Position numbers and translations under genes: made by a program. Shown in pieces: positions 10,077 to 20,211 of a stretch of DNA of 64,000 nucleotides (its first letter is position 1; each line of letters begins with the position of its first letter). Origin of the DNA: Parcubacteria group bacterium (GTDB lineage: Bacteria; Patescibacteriota; Microgenomatia; UBA1400; PJMF01); contig CALQZX010000004.1 of the NCBI GenBank assembly GCA_943350175.1, forward strand, positions 7,214-71,213, given 5' to 3'. Under the pieces are notes generated by a model. It was not told the DNA's origin. It worked only from the letters and a program-made list of their open reading frames with translations, and made no database searches.

Positions 10077-10960
10077 CTTCTATTGAACATGCTTCTAAAC
10101 CAACCCCAGACGCCTTGGTTTTGCATTTCTTCTTGGACAGTATCTTGCAAAGCAGCATTTTGGTCTATTAAAGAAGTAATTGCTGTCTCTAACTGCGCAA
10201 CTTCGGTTTTATCGGTAGTTTCTTCTTGTAGTTTAATCAGCTCTTGAATTCTCAAACGGTTAGCATCAATTTCTTCTGTTACCCCTAGAACTGCCTCTTT
10301 ATCGTAACCAACCATTTTCTTTAACCAAACTTTTTTCTCTTCCATTTTGGCTAGTTTTTCTGCAATTTTCTCTTGAGATTTGACTTGTTCCATTGCAACT
10401 TCTCTAACTTTTTTACCGATGCCCTTGTCATCTTCTTTGGTCTGCAAAAGGATATTAACCTGCTTAGCAACTTCGCTCATACGGCCTCTGGCAGAATCGC
10501 TAGCATCATCACTATCCAAATCGTCTCTCATTTCTTTTTTAACTTCGTCTTTAATTTCTTCTCTTTTTTCTTTGAGATCGTCCTTAACTTCTTTTTTCTT
10601 TTCAATTAAATCGTTTTTGATTTCTCTAGTTTCCTTGGCTTGCTCTCTAATTTTCTCTTCTCTTTTCTTAATTTCTTCAATGGAACTTTTGATTTCTTCT
10701 TTTTTCTCCATCTTTATTTCTTTTTTCTCTACTTTTTCAAATCTAATCTCTTCTTTTTTTTCCTCTTTATCCTCTGATTTCTGCTCTTCCTTCACCTCAA
10801 CTTCAGAAGAACCATCTTCTCCATCTTTAGCATAAGAAGAATTAACAGAAACAAATAAAGAGAGAATCATCAAAGACAAAACAATTGGAAACTTTTTCAT
10901 GGCAGACTCCTTTGTATATTTTATGAGTCCAGTATACAGACTATTCAATACAACAATCAA
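10073..10960 (-). CDS. secreted Lys/Glu-rich low-complexity coiled-coil protein
   Basis: signal peptide, then long KE-rich repeats. Confidence 0.5.
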   Translation of the reverse strand: MIVVLNSLYTGLIKYTKESAMKKFPIVLSLMILSLFVSVNSSYAKDGEDGSSEVEVKEEQKSEDKEEKKEEIRFEKVEKKEIKMEKKEEIKSSIEEIKKREEKIREQAKETREIKNDLIEKKKEVKDDLKEKREEIKDEVKKEMRDDLDSDDASDSARGRMSEVAKQVNILLQTKEDDKGIGKKVREVAMEQVKSQEKIAEKLAKMEEKKVWLKKMVGYDKEAVLGVTEEIDANRLRIQELIKLQEETTDKTEVAQLETAITSLIDQNAALQDTVQEEMQNQGVWGWFRSMFNRS

Positions 10961-11525
10961 TGGCTTTCTTCACCATGGCGCCGAGTTTATCGAAGACACT
11001 CACGCTACCTTTGCTTTTGGCTGGAGTAGATTCTGAAATTAATTCAATTTTATCTGACATTTTGCTGGCTTGAGAATTGCCGGCTTTTGTAGAAGAACCA
11101 AGATTAACAACGCCCATATTTAAACCCCAGAACAAAGAGTAGAGGTCGTAAGATTTTTTGAACAAATCTTCAGCTTCTTTTTTATCACCCTTGGTCAAAG
11201 CTTTTGTACCAACTTCCATCAAACGCATCGAGGAAGCTAACAAGTGTTTACTGATGCACCAAACTTCACCCTCATACTCTTTGATGATTTTTTTAAGTAA
11301 CTGCTTGCGGATCTCTCTGACTTCGTAGAGTAAATCATAATAACTTGATTTACCAGTCTTATTGGCAGTAAAAAACAAATGTTCTTCGATGCTGATTAAG
11401 TTCATGATGGCAATCGATAAATCCTCATCAGAAGATAAATCGAGCTTTTCACCATGCTCCATTTTTTTGACTTTGTCCATGAAGCCATCGATATCCAAAG
11501 ACATTGTTTTTTTAGCGTCAGACAT
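10941..11525 (-). CDS. hypothetical protein
   Basis: ORF only; no recognisable motif. Confidence 0.45.
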   Translation of the reverse strand: MSDAKKTMSLDIDGFMDKVKKMEHGEKLDLSSDEDLSIAIMNLISIEEHLFFTANKTGKSSYYDLLYEVREIRKQLLKKIIKEYEGEVWCISKHLLASSMRLMEVGTKALTKGDKKEAEDLFKKSYDLYSLFWGLNMGVVNLGSSTKAGNSQASKMSDKIELISESTPAKSKGSVSVFDKLGAMVKKAIDCCIE

Positions 11526-11533
11526 AAAACCTT

Positions 11534-12044
11534 TCAGCGTGTAATCAAGAAAAAGATCACGCTAGAGATACTAAGTAAAAGAACAGGACAGATTACTCTT
11601 TGAAAATAAATAAATACTTTACCTTCATTGAGAGTGCGCAAATATTTGTCTAAAAAGACACCGGCCGTAAAAACTATTGATCCAACGGCTGTGCCAAACA
11701 GAATCTTATCAACACCGAGGAATTTATTTGCCTCATGACCAATCATGCCCATCCAAAACAATGGAGGAATGACTAAGAGATAAAACAACACAATGGAAAA
11801 AGCCGTCTTATAAGGAATTCTCCATGTCTTACTTTCTAACCAATTAGCTGTCCACAGAGCACTAGAAAGAATCAAGGCCCCAATCCATAGACCGGTTACA
11901 ACATCATCTATTCCAAGATAACGAGAAAAACCCAGACCAGCTCCGACGGCAACAGTGCAAATAGGACACACAGCCTGCGCTTGGGGAGCAAAAAACAGAA
12001 AAGCTACTAAAAACAATAAGAGGCTAGTTACTAATTGCACTTGA
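11534..12044 (-). CDS. integral membrane protein with N-terminal signal-like segment and CPIC motif (start probably GTG near 12044)
   Basis: 4-5 predicted TM helices; reaches 12085 in the ORF track and would overlap the upstream gene, so a later start is likely. Confidence 0.4.
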
Positions 12045-12485
12045 AGTCCCCTCTGGTGAAATACCGGATTGACTGGCTTCACCACTGTCGCTTAGATCAG
12101 CTTTATCGGAAAAATACTTTTCAATGTCTGGAACACCAACTAAACATTTATTTTCTGCATATAAGAATGGAACTCCAATGCTAGAAGTATCCATGTTGCA
12201 ACTTTTGGCAACTTCAGCTAGTTCAGCTGCATTTTGGCGGTTATTCCAAACTTCTTTTTGAGAAAATTTGACTTTTTCTGCAACTTTGTTAGTTTTTAAC
12301 CACTCCTCAACATCCTTACAGTGGGGGCAAGTATCACCATAGTAAAGAATTGGCTCGCCATTACTCAGAGCTTCAATTTTTTCTACAGTCACTTGTTTTT
12401 CTTTATTATTACTACCAACAACCACTATAGACATCAATCCTGCGATTAAAACAACAATGACAAGAGTAATGATTTTTTGTTTCAT
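12024..12485 (-). CDS. membrane-anchored thioredoxin-fold protein with CPHC active site (DsbA/glutaredoxin-like)
   Basis: N-terminal TM, then YYGDTCPHCKDVEEW (CxxC in a thioredoxin-fold context). Confidence 0.6.
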   Translation of the reverse strand: MKQKIITLVIVVLIAGLMSIVVVGSNNKEKQVTVEKIEALSNGEPILYYGDTCPHCKDVEEWLKTNKVAEKVKFSQKEVWNNRQNAAELAEVAKSCNMDTSSIGVPFLYAENKCLVGVPDIEKYFSDKADLSDSGEASQSGISPEGTSSAISN

Positions 12486-12545
12486 ATTTTATTTAGACTT
12501 ATAGTTGGACTAAAGCTTATTATAAAAGACTCAAATAAGCAATCT

Positions 12546-13154
12546 TTAAAAACCCAAAGTTTCCTCGACTAAAATTACTTTCACTCTGCCTGGAGCAGCT
12601 TCTCTTTCAAAGATTATCCATTTGCCAAGCATACTGCCCATGCCATAAGCGGCCATGGCTCTTTTATTTTCTTTTGGAAAAACGTATTCTCTGATTCGTT
12701 GCATTGCTTCTTCGATGTTTCTGGTAATTTTTTGTGAACCAATGACTAAAATCAATTTTTTGGCAGCAAATGGCATTGCTCCAACTCTACTTCCAGTAGC
12801 ATCAACGGCCACTAACGCTCCGTCTTCTGTGACAGCGTTAACACTGGAAATAAAATAATCGGCGGTAAGAGAACTACGACGCAAATCTTGTCTTTTGCTT
12901 TCATCATTTTCCTGTCCAATTTTTGCTTGTAGTGAAACAAATTTAGAATCTTTTGAAGCCAAGTAATCACTTAAACCTATTTCATTCAAAGTTGTTGATG
13001 AGCCAGTCATAACCTCACTACTATCTGGCAAAGAATTTTTGACTGCTTCTAGAGCTTGCGCTTTTGAAGAAACAATTTCCACTTCAAAATTTCTTTCTTT
13101 CATTTTGAGAGCTAACTCTTTAAGTTGTTTTTTACTATATATCTGATCAAACAT
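12546..13154 (-). CDS. LUD-domain protein (LutC/YkgG-like, DUF162)
   Basis: size and TADYFISSVNAVTEDGALV / LILVIGSQKI motifs typical of the LUD domain. Confidence 0.55.
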   Translation of the reverse strand: MFDQIYSKKQLKELALKMKERNFEVEIVSSKAQALEAVKNSLPDSSEVMTGSSTTLNEIGLSDYLASKDSKFVSLQAKIGQENDESKRQDLRRSSLTADYFISSVNAVTEDGALVAVDATGSRVGAMPFAAKKLILVIGSQKITRNIEEAMQRIREYVFPKENKRAMAAYGMGSMLGKWIIFEREAAPGRVKVILVEETLGF

Positions 13155-13202
13155 GTGTTTTTTCCTTGTTAATTCTTAATGATTGTTTTATAATAAGCTA
13201 TA

Positions 13203-13238
13203 AAGTTACAAAAATAAAGTAGGTACTAAAAAGTAACT
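13203..13238. promoter_or_regulatory. 7-bp inverted repeat AAGTTAC-N22-GTAACTT between divergent LUD-domain and hxlR-type genes (candidate operator)
   Basis: arms at 13203-13209 and 13232-13238. Confidence 0.2.
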
Positions 13239-13247
13239 TAAACAATC

Positions 13248-13550
13248 ATGGCAAAAAAACAATGTCCTCTTCAAAAATTTCTTGAACAATTGGGTGGTAA
13301 ATGGAACATGGTAATTCTGTGGCATTTGACTGAAGAAAAAACCGGCTTCAATGATCTTAAAAAAGCCATTGGTCCCATTTCAGCCAAAGTTCTTTCTGAA
13401 AAGCTCAAGGATCTTAAGAGAAACAAACTCATCACTCGTAAAACCCTTGGTGGCAATCCTCCTCACGTTAAGTATGAGCTGACCAAAAAAGGTCAATCCC
13501 TCTTGCCGATCATCAAAGTCCTACATGACTGGGGTGAAGAGAATCTTTAA
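13248..13550 (+). CDS. HxlR-family winged-helix transcriptional regulator
   Basis: CPLQKFLEQLGGKWNMVILWHL signature and roughly 100 aa size. Confidence 0.75.
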   Translation: MAKKQCPLQKFLEQLGGKWNMVILWHLTEEKTGFNDLKKAIGPISAKVLSEKLKDLKRNKLITRKTLGGNPPHVKYELTKKGQSLLPIIKVLHDWGEENL

Positions 13551-13577
13551 TCTTTAATTTTTTATTTGAATCTTGAG

Positions 13578-14429
13578 CTAAACAACCAGAAAGTATAAGC
13601 TCGCTAAAATCCCAATAATTCCGAAGATCTTTTGTTTTGAAAGATCATCTTTGAAAATCAGGGCCGACAATAAAGCAACGCTCATCATAGAAGAAACGTT
13701 AATAGCTGAGACATAGCCAATGTTTGGAGCAACTCTGTATGCCAGCTGCATGGAGAAGTTAACAACCATTGAAAAAACTCCAATTAAAATTGCCAGTAAA
13801 AATTGTTTCTTTGACAAATTTAAAGAAATTTTTTGTTTTTTAAAATCAAAAAAGTTTAATATGGCGACAAAAATAGTAATATAAAAAAGGTAAACAAATG
13901 GCTGTATTCCCAAATTTAAGAAGTGCTTCAAAACCAAGGAGCCAAAAGCAAAACACAAATTAGCTAATAAAGAAAAATACACCCATTTATCATCATGAGT
14001 CTTCTTTCCCTTGGGGGAAATTGCAATCATCATCGAAAAAAATAAGATAAATAGAATTGCAATAAATTTTTTAAAACTGAATTCTGAATCAAATAAAAAG
14101 ACTGCAGCGACTGTTGTGAGAGCCACATAGCTTTTTTGCAAAATCAGGCTATAGCCTGGATTTGGAGCAAGCAAAACTGCTTTTTGTGAGAAAAGATTGC
14201 CAAGATAACTATAAAAAAAAGCTGCTGTTATCACTAATAAAAAATGCTGAGGAGAAAGCAACAAGGATAATCCTGTGACTTTGGCAGCAAAAAAATAAAT
14301 AATACTTGGCACCAAAAACAAAGTAATCGAATAAAAACTAATTGGAATGTTTTGTTTTTGCGCCAAACGAATTAATAAATATAAAACATTGGAAGCTAAA
14401 AACATCAGGGCGGCGTAAAAAATCCACAT
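13578..14429 (-). CDS. polytopic membrane protein (about 9-10 TM, possibly EamA/DMT-like)
   Basis: hydrophobicity pattern only. Confidence 0.45.
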   Translation of the reverse strand: MWIFYAALMFLASNVLYLLIRLAQKQNIPISFYSITLFLVPSIIYFFAAKVTGLSLLLSPQHFLLVITAAFFYSYLGNLFSQKAVLLAPNPGYSLILQKSYVALTTVAAVFLFDSEFSFKKFIAILFILFFSMMIAISPKGKKTHDDKWVYFSLLANLCFAFGSLVLKHFLNLGIQPFVYLFYITIFVAILNFFDFKKQKISLNLSKKQFLLAILIGVFSMVVNFSMQLAYRVAPNIGYVSAINVSSMMSVALLSALIFKDDLSKQKIFGIIGILASLYFLVV

Positions 14430-14507
14430 GTTTTTGAGTATAACATTTGCCGCGGTGTTATACTAAATATAATTATCAACTTAATAAGAAAGGAAAAACA
14501 TAAAAAT

Positions 14508-14690
14508 TCATACTGAGCGTGTGGCCATTTTCTTTTATTGAAAATGGAGACGAGGAAGAGGGATGTTGTTTAATCAAGCTGATTGAACAACGATCGGACC
14601 TGCAAGCAAATTTCAAATTTACGAAGCAGAGCATCTACGGAGACCCTTTGGGTGGTTGATAGTTCAAAAAAACAAAGATCCATCCATTAA
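14508..14690 (+). ncRNA. glmS ribozyme: glmS ribozyme/riboswitch in the glmS 5' leader
   Basis: leader has AGCG near the expected cleavage site, a CCATTTTC/GAAAATGG stem, the conserved core GACGAGGAAGAGG and a 3' TTCAAAAAAACAAAGATC matching the Bacillus-type ribozyme; lies directly upstream of glmS. Confidence 0.55.
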
Positions 14691-14766
14691 AAATTAAGAT
14701 TAAATCAACAAAGTCTTAATTTAAAAATCTTAAAATTATCATTAATTTAATAAAAAAGGAATATCT

Positions 14767-16524
14767 ATGTGTGGTATCTACGCCTGTTTAGGCAATTCTG
14801 ACGCAACTAGTAAAGTTTTAGCGGGACTTAAAAGAATTGAGTATCGTGGTTATGATTCTTGGGGCATCGCCATCTGTAATGACGAAATTGAAATTGAAAA
14901 ACACGTTGGCAAAATTAGCGCCATTGAAAAATTAAGTTTGGCAGACAGCAATAACGCCATTGGCCACACTCGCTGGGCTACTCATGGGGGCGTTACACAA
15001 AAAAATGCTCATCCCCACTTGGCACAAAATGGCAGTTTTGCTCTCGTGCAAAATGGCGTCTTGGAAAACTACCAAGAATTAAAAAAAGAGCTGCAAAAAG
15101 ATGATTATAAATTTCAAACAGAAACTGACACTGAGGTTATCGTTGCTTTATTGGAAAAAGAATGTGGAAAAACAATAGATTTGGAAAAATTTAGTAGAAC
15201 AATAAAGAGACTAGCTGGAAGAAATACCATTCTTGTTTTAACTAAGACTGGCGAAGTTTGGGTTTATCGCCAGGGTTCACCATTAATTATTGGCCAAGGA
15301 GAACGTGGAGATTTCTATTTTTCTTCAGACTTAGCTTCCATGAGTCTGGATGCAAAAAAATATCGCGTCATAGAAAATCAGGAAATCATTCACTTTGATG
15401 GAAAAAATTTAGAATCTTTTCAGTCTAAAGATCTGACACCTAAACAGATCATCTTTCAAATCATGGACCAGCAAGCCTTGGAAATAGACAAAGGTAGCTT
15501 TGCTCATTTCATGCTCAAAGAAATTCACGAACAAGAAGAAAGCTTCCTCAAAATATTAAGTAAAAGTGAAGAATTATTTCCAAAGATTGCAGAAAAAATT
15601 GAATTATCAAGAAATATTTATGTTGTTGGTGCTGGTTCAGCTAGCTACGCTGCTGCCAGTATTGTTTTTAATCTGAGAGCAAATAGAAAAAACGTTTATC
15701 ATGTTCCCGCTTATGATTCTGCAGATTTTGCTGCAATCTTTAACGAAAAAGACATGGCGATCGTGCTTAGTCAAAGTGGCGAAACAGCTGACACCATTGA
15801 AGCTATTGAGCAAATGAAAACTAAGGGAGTTTTTATCGTCTCGGTCGTCAATATGCCATCCTCAACTTTAATGAACATGGCAGATATCGCCTATCCGCTC
15901 AATGTGGGCGCAGAAATTGGAGTCGCCAGTAGCAAAGCGCTGACAGGCCACATGCTTTTTGGTATGGCTCTAGCTGACTATCTTGAAAATAAAAACTTCT
16001 CCTTCAAAAAAGAGGTGGAGAAATTTTCCAAACAATTAGGCGAGTGGTTTGGTAACGAAAAAATCATGAACGACATTAAAAAAATCGCCCAATTACTCAG
16101 TCAAAAAAATGACCTCTACATCTTGGGGCGTGGCCAACTTCTAGCTAGTGCTCTGGAATTTGCTCTTAAAATCAAAGAGGTTTCCTATATTCACGCTGAA
16201 GGTTTTAGCGCTGGTGAACTCAAGCACGGTGTCATTGCTTTAATTGAAAAAGAAACGCCAGTGATTTGTTTGGTCAATAAGTTGACCAGAGAAGACATGA
16301 TTAGCAGTGCACATGAGGTCAAAGCGCGAGGAGCTAGAGTTATTGGTATTGCTACTAAAAACGAGGATATTTTTGATGATTTCATCGAGCTGCCACAGGC
16401 GGAAAAATTTGCCAATTTAAGTAGCATCATCGTTGCTCAGTTGCTCACTTACGAAATAGCCTTGATCAAAAATCTAGATCCAGATAAACCAAGAAATTTG
16501 GCCAAAAGCGTAACGGTAAAATAA
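14767..16524 (+). CDS. glmS: glutamine--fructose-6-phosphate aminotransferase
   Basis: N-terminal MCGI nucleophile, two SIS domains, C-terminal VTVK. Confidence 0.9.
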   Translation: MCGIYACLGNSDATSKVLAGLKRIEYRGYDSWGIAICNDEIEIEKHVGKISAIEKLSLADSNNAIGHTRWATHGGVTQKNAHPHLAQNGSFALVQNGVLENYQELKKELQKDDYKFQTETDTEVIVALLEKECGKTIDLEKFSRTIKRLAGRNTILVLTKTGEVWVYRQGSPLIIGQGERGDFYFSSDLASMSLDAKKYRVIENQEIIHFDGKNLESFQSKDLTPKQIIFQIMDQQALEIDKGSFAHFMLKEIHEQEESFLKILSKSEELFPKIAEKIELSRNIYVVGAGSASYAAASIVFNLRANRKNVYHVPAYDSADFAAIFNEKDMAIVLSQSGETADTIEAIEQMKTKGVFIVSVVNMPSSTLMNMADIAYPLNVGAEIGVASSKALTGHMLFGMALADYLENKNFSFKKEVEKFSKQLGEWFGNEKIMNDIKKIAQLLSQKNDLYILGRGQLLASALEFALKIKEVSYIHAEGFSAGELKHGVIALIEKETPVICLVNKLTREDMISSAHEVKARGARVIGIATKNEDIFDDFIELPQAEKFANLSSIIVAQLLTYEIALIKNLDPDKPRNLAKSVTVK

Positions 16525-16528
16525 AAAA

Positions 16529-16990
16529 TTACTTGCCAATGCCTTCAAAGAGATTAAGCATTTCTGGTTTTTTAATGCCTCGAATGATATTAACCTGAAA
16601 ATTTAAGTCATTAGACAAATCATCAATGCGAATTTTTCTAGTCCTTAATAAATGAGGTAAATCATCTCTGGAAAGAGAAATTACTACGTTGGCGACACCT
16701 GCTTGAAAAATTGCTGAAGCACACATTAAACAAGGCTCATTAGTGCAATAAATCACACAATTACTTAAATTATTTGTGTTTAAATTTTTGCAAGCAGCTT
16801 TGATTGCTCTAATCTCCGCGTGATCAGTGATGTCTCCACCAGTTTTTTCCGTTACTCTGCCTGCTCCTACAATTAGATTGTCTTTCACAACGACGCAACC
16901 AAACGGCCAATCGCCTGATGCTTTTGCTTGTCTGGCTTCCTCTATTGCTAAATTCATAAATTTTTCATGATCTAAAATGTTTTGATTCAT
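16529..16990 (-). CDS. tadA: tRNA-specific adenosine deaminase-like CDA-fold nucleoside deaminase
   Basis: zinc ligands HAEIRAI and PCLMCASAI. Confidence 0.7.
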   Translation of the reverse strand: MNQNILDHEKFMNLAIEEARQAKASGDWPFGCVVVKDNLIVGAGRVTEKTGGDITDHAEIRAIKAACKNLNTNNLSNCVIYCTNEPCLMCASAIFQAGVANVVISLSRDDLPHLLRTRKIRIDDLSNDLNFQVNIIRGIKKPEMLNLFEGIGK

Positions 16991-17419
16991 TTAAAACTTC
17001 TCCTTATATTTTTCATAAGCAACTTGAAATTGTGAGTGCATTGGGCCTGGCAGATCATTCATCTTTCGCCAAATCAATTCATCAAATTTATGAGGCTCGT
17101 TATTTTTGACTTCACTTCGATTGACTAAAACTTTGAAGTCCAAGGCAATCCAATGCGTTTTTTGCCCCTTATTTAAGCGGTGCATTTCACGCATGCCTAA
17201 AAATTCGTATTTCATTGGTTTGGCGTTATATTCTTCTCGCAATTCGCGATGAAGTAATTGATCAATGGTTTCGTTTAATTCTAAAAGTCCACCACCTGGA
17301 TCATAACAGCCGTTTTCATCGCGACAGTTTTGACTTCTCTTACTAAACAAGTAATTGCCATTGCCATCATGGCAAAAAAAGACGATCGCAATAGCCGGAT
17401 AATCAATACCTGGATTCAT
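16991..17419 (-). CDS. NUDIX hydrolase
   Basis: Nudix box GGGLLELNETIDQLLHRELREE. Confidence 0.65.
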   Translation of the reverse strand: MNPGIDYPAIAIVFFCHDGNGNYLFSKRSQNCRDENGCYDPGGGLLELNETIDQLLHRELREEYNAKPMKYEFLGMREMHRLNKGQKTHWIALDFKVLVNRSEVKNNEPHKFDELIWRKMNDLPGPMHSQFQVAYEKYKEKF

Positions 17420-17437
17420 AAATTAATTTTAACACTC

Positions 17438-17947
17438 CTAAACATTCCTCGCATCATAAGCCCAGTGTAATAAAGCCTGGCGCTGTCTTTTGCGACAAGC
17501 AAAATCGCCAGGCATGCAATTGCGCTCCACTTGGACCAGATGACGACGGAACATTCGCCATCTTTTGATTTGTCTTTGGTCTTCTCCATCTTGCAAACGT
17601 CTGCCCATAAAATAGCGACAATACCACTGGAACCAACCTCTTGGATCATCTTTATAAATCCAGCCTTTGGCCTGCCAAACAGACAGTGGTTGACTTGCAT
17701 TAACTTTAAAAAAATTTAATGTAGGGTCATGAAATTCATGACATAACTTGGCATCAGCGAACCAACTCTTGGGGAATTCATCAGTACAGTCAGTCATATA
17801 TCTGCCACCAAAAACTCCAAGTTCCAACATTTCTTTGGGGCTTAGCTCTGGTTTAAAATCAGCTTGAAAATTATGACCTTCTAATTCAGAACACTCATAT
17901 TTGTAATCTTTTTGCATTGAATCTTCAACTAAGATCAGTTTGGTCAT
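17438..17947 (-). CDS. conserved hypothetical protein, Trp/Arg-rich
   Basis: ORF in operon with the NUDIX and deaminase genes; no assignable motif. Confidence 0.45.
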   Translation of the reverse strand: MTKLILVEDSMQKDYKYECSELEGHNFQADFKPELSPKEMLELGVFGGRYMTDCTDEFPKSWFADAKLCHEFHDPTLNFFKVNASQPLSVWQAKGWIYKDDPRGWFQWYCRYFMGRRLQDGEDQRQIKRWRMFRRHLVQVERNCMPGDFACRKRQRQALLHWAYDARNV

Positions 17948-17982
17948 ACTATAAGTTATAATATAAGTGAAAGAAATTTACT

Positions 17983-18768
17983 GTGCAAAAAAATATGAAC
18001 GACACTTCCTGGAACAAAGTTGCTCCATGGTACAACAAAATTGTAGGCAAAGAAGGCCACTATTACCACGAACATGTGGTCATTCCTGGCGTCTTGCGTC
18101 TACTTAATCTAAAAAGCGAAGACACTTTGGTTGATCTGGCTTGTGGTCAAGGCGTACTGGCTCGTAGCATCCCTACAATAAAAAAATACTTAGGTTTGGA
18201 TTTGGCCAAAGAACTCATTAAGGAAGCCAAAGATAGAAATCGTGAGAAAAATTACGAATTTTTGGTTTGTGATCTGAGCAATTTACTAAGAGAAAGAGAA
18301 GAAAAATTTGATAAGGCCACTATTATTTTAGCCCTGCAAAACATCGAACTAGCAGAAAACGTCATCAAAAATGCTGCTAACTATCTCAAGAAAGGTGGCC
18401 AACTCGTCATCGTCCTTAATCACCCAGCTTTTCGTATTCCTCGTCAATCTGGCTGGAGCGTTGATCAACAGAATAAGCAACAACAACGCTTCGTTAATCG
18501 CTATCTATCTCCTTTGAAAATCCCTATCGACATGAATCCTGGCGAAAAAACTGACAACAAAAATCAAGAACAAAACAAAAAAATCACTTGGTCATTTCAC
18601 CACAGTTTACAAGATTACAGTCAAATGCTTTTTCAAGCTGGCTTTATGATTGAAAAAATTGAAGAATGGTCTTCTGACAAAGAAAGCACTGGTAAAGCTG
18701 CTAAGATGGAAAATCGCGCTCGCGCTGAAATTCCACTCTTTATGGCTATCTCAGCAAAGCTTAATTAA
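17983..18768 (+). CDS. class I SAM-dependent methyltransferase
   Basis: motif I LVDLACGQGVLAR; post-I acidic residue. Confidence 0.65.
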   Translation: MQKNMNDTSWNKVAPWYNKIVGKEGHYYHEHVVIPGVLRLLNLKSEDTLVDLACGQGVLARSIPTIKKYLGLDLAKELIKEAKDRNREKNYEFLVCDLSNLLREREEKFDKATIILALQNIELAENVIKNAANYLKKGGQLVIVLNHPAFRIPRQSGWSVDQQNKQQQRFVNRYLSPLKIPIDMNPGEKTDNKNQEQNKKITWSFHHSLQDYSQMLFQAGFMIEKIEEWSSDKESTGKAAKMENRARAEIPLFMAISAKLN

Positions 18769-20177
18769 AGAGACTCCAGTAATTCAAACATTTTATTCTC
18801 AATCTCATTTGCTTTTTTCTTGTTGCTGGCAAAAACAACGTAAGCAAAAGCGCTCTGAGAAAGTAAATTAGCGGAAGCAATCACCACACCTTCTTTGGTT
18901 TTTTTATTAAATAGAAGCGGAGATAATAAATCTAAAACTTGCTTGAAACTTGGTCTGGCGCCAGCTTTTAATTCATAAGCATTGTTAGATAAGATGTGAC
19001 TATCAGTAAAAAAATCTTTACCAATTAAACTGTTAGCCATTTGATAAACGTGAGTTCCACCAGTTCGACGCACATTTGATTCTGACACATAAATTTCACC
19101 ATTTTTCGCTGCCACCATATCCACATCAAAATAGCCACGATAACCAAGTGACGCATATTGCTCAGCAATAAAGAAGCCAGTATCAATAATCCTAGCCCCA
19201 ATGCGATCATTAATAATATCCTCATTGATTTCAACACCTAAAAAAGTACCATTTGGCAACATTCTCATCCCGCAATAATATAAGAATTCTATGCGGCCAC
19301 TTTTTTGAATCTTAAACTCCACACTAGGAGTGCCACCGCCAACTGCTTGATTTACATTGACCAAACTTTCTACAATAATTGGAAATTTATCCCAATATTC
19401 GTTTTGTTTGAGAATGTTGAGAATTGCTTTTTGACAATTTTGGTAATCACCAGGCAAATCTCCAGGGCGAAAAATCAAAACTCCCATGCCGGTGTGGCCT
19501 TTATTGGTTTTTAAAACCACCCCAGCTTCTTTAACATATTTTTGAGCAGCAATTCTAGACGCATCAAGAGATTGCACACAGATTAAACCATCGGCCATCA
19601 TTAAATCTGGCTCAAGGGCAGCGCTTTTTTGTGCCAATTGTCTAATACCAGATTTACTACCAAAGAAATTTACACACCAAGCACTTTCCTCAGTCGGAGC
19701 CTCTGGAGTATAGACTTCAATGCCATAGTTTTTCAATTCATTAATTAACTGAAAAAATTGTGGTGAGACAGCATAACTAGTCAGAGTTAATTTTTTAGCT
19801 CCATTGGATAAGTCGACGAGTTGTTTAAAAAGATTTCTATCCTGAATGATATCTAAACAAATTTCCCCAGAGTGTTTGTTAGGAACTAAAATATTCCACT
19901 TCTTTTTGCCGGTTATTTGAGAAACATATTGCAAAAAATCATCATCAATTTTTCTAGGAGTAATAATTGTCAAATTATTTTCATCTACATTACTAAATAA
20001 ATCTCGATCAGCCAAATTGGCACAAACATCAACTTCAGCACGTTGTTCAACAATGTTGCTCATCGCAGAAATAAAAGGCCACACATCTTCAGCCATATTG
20101 AAAATATAGACTGCTTGCTCTGACTTAATTACTTCATTAGAATCGTTTTTCATAATTTTATTCGATAATTTTATCAC
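18765..20177 (-). CDS. ATP-grasp superfamily ligase with N-terminal pre-ATP-grasp domain (PGM1-like), paralog 1
   Basis: GVVLKTNKGHTGMGV; C-terminal YRGYFDVDMVAAKNGEIYVSESNVRRTGGTH, the ExN catalytic motif of ATP-grasp enzymes; about 60 percent identical to 21073-22479. Confidence 0.5.
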   Translation of the reverse strand: MIKLSNKIMKNDSNEVIKSEQAVYIFNMAEDVWPFISAMSNIVEQRAEVDVCANLADRDLFSNVDENNLTIITPRKIDDDFLQYVSQITGKKKWNILVPNKHSGEICLDIIQDRNLFKQLVDLSNGAKKLTLTSYAVSPQFFQLINELKNYGIEVYTPEAPTEESAWCVNFFGSKSGIRQLAQKSAALEPDLMMADGLICVQSLDASRIAAQKYVKEAGVVLKTNKGHTGMGVLIFRPGDLPGDYQNCQKAILNILKQNEYWDKFPIIVESLVNVNQAVGGGTPSVEFKIQKSGRIEFLYYCGMRMLPNGTFLGVEINEDIINDRIGARIIDTGFFIAEQYASLGYRGYFDVDMVAAKNGEIYVSESNVRRTGGTHVYQMANSLIGKDFFTDSHILSNNAYELKAGARPSFKQVLDLLSPLLFNKKTKEGVVIASANLLSQSAFAYVVFASNKKKANEIENKMFELLESL

Positions 20178-20211
20178 TTTTCAAAGTCAATGAAAGGTTA
20201 TAATAAACCAA

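Noticed and set aside
10380-10835. 151-aa Ser/Leu-rich ORF antisense to the KE-rich gene
   Set aside because: It is a mirror-frame artefact of low-complexity GAA/AAG repeats on the opposite strand.
11534-12485. DsbB/VKOR-type disulfide-oxidoreductase partner for the CPHC thioredoxin-fold protein
   Set aside because: The adjacent membrane protein has only three Cys and lacks the loop cysteine pair of DsbB or VKOR. The pairing is left as unknown.
17416-17700. 94-aa ORF overlapping 17438-17947 in another frame
   Set aside because: It is fully nested in a longer ORF that has operon context. It has no independent support.
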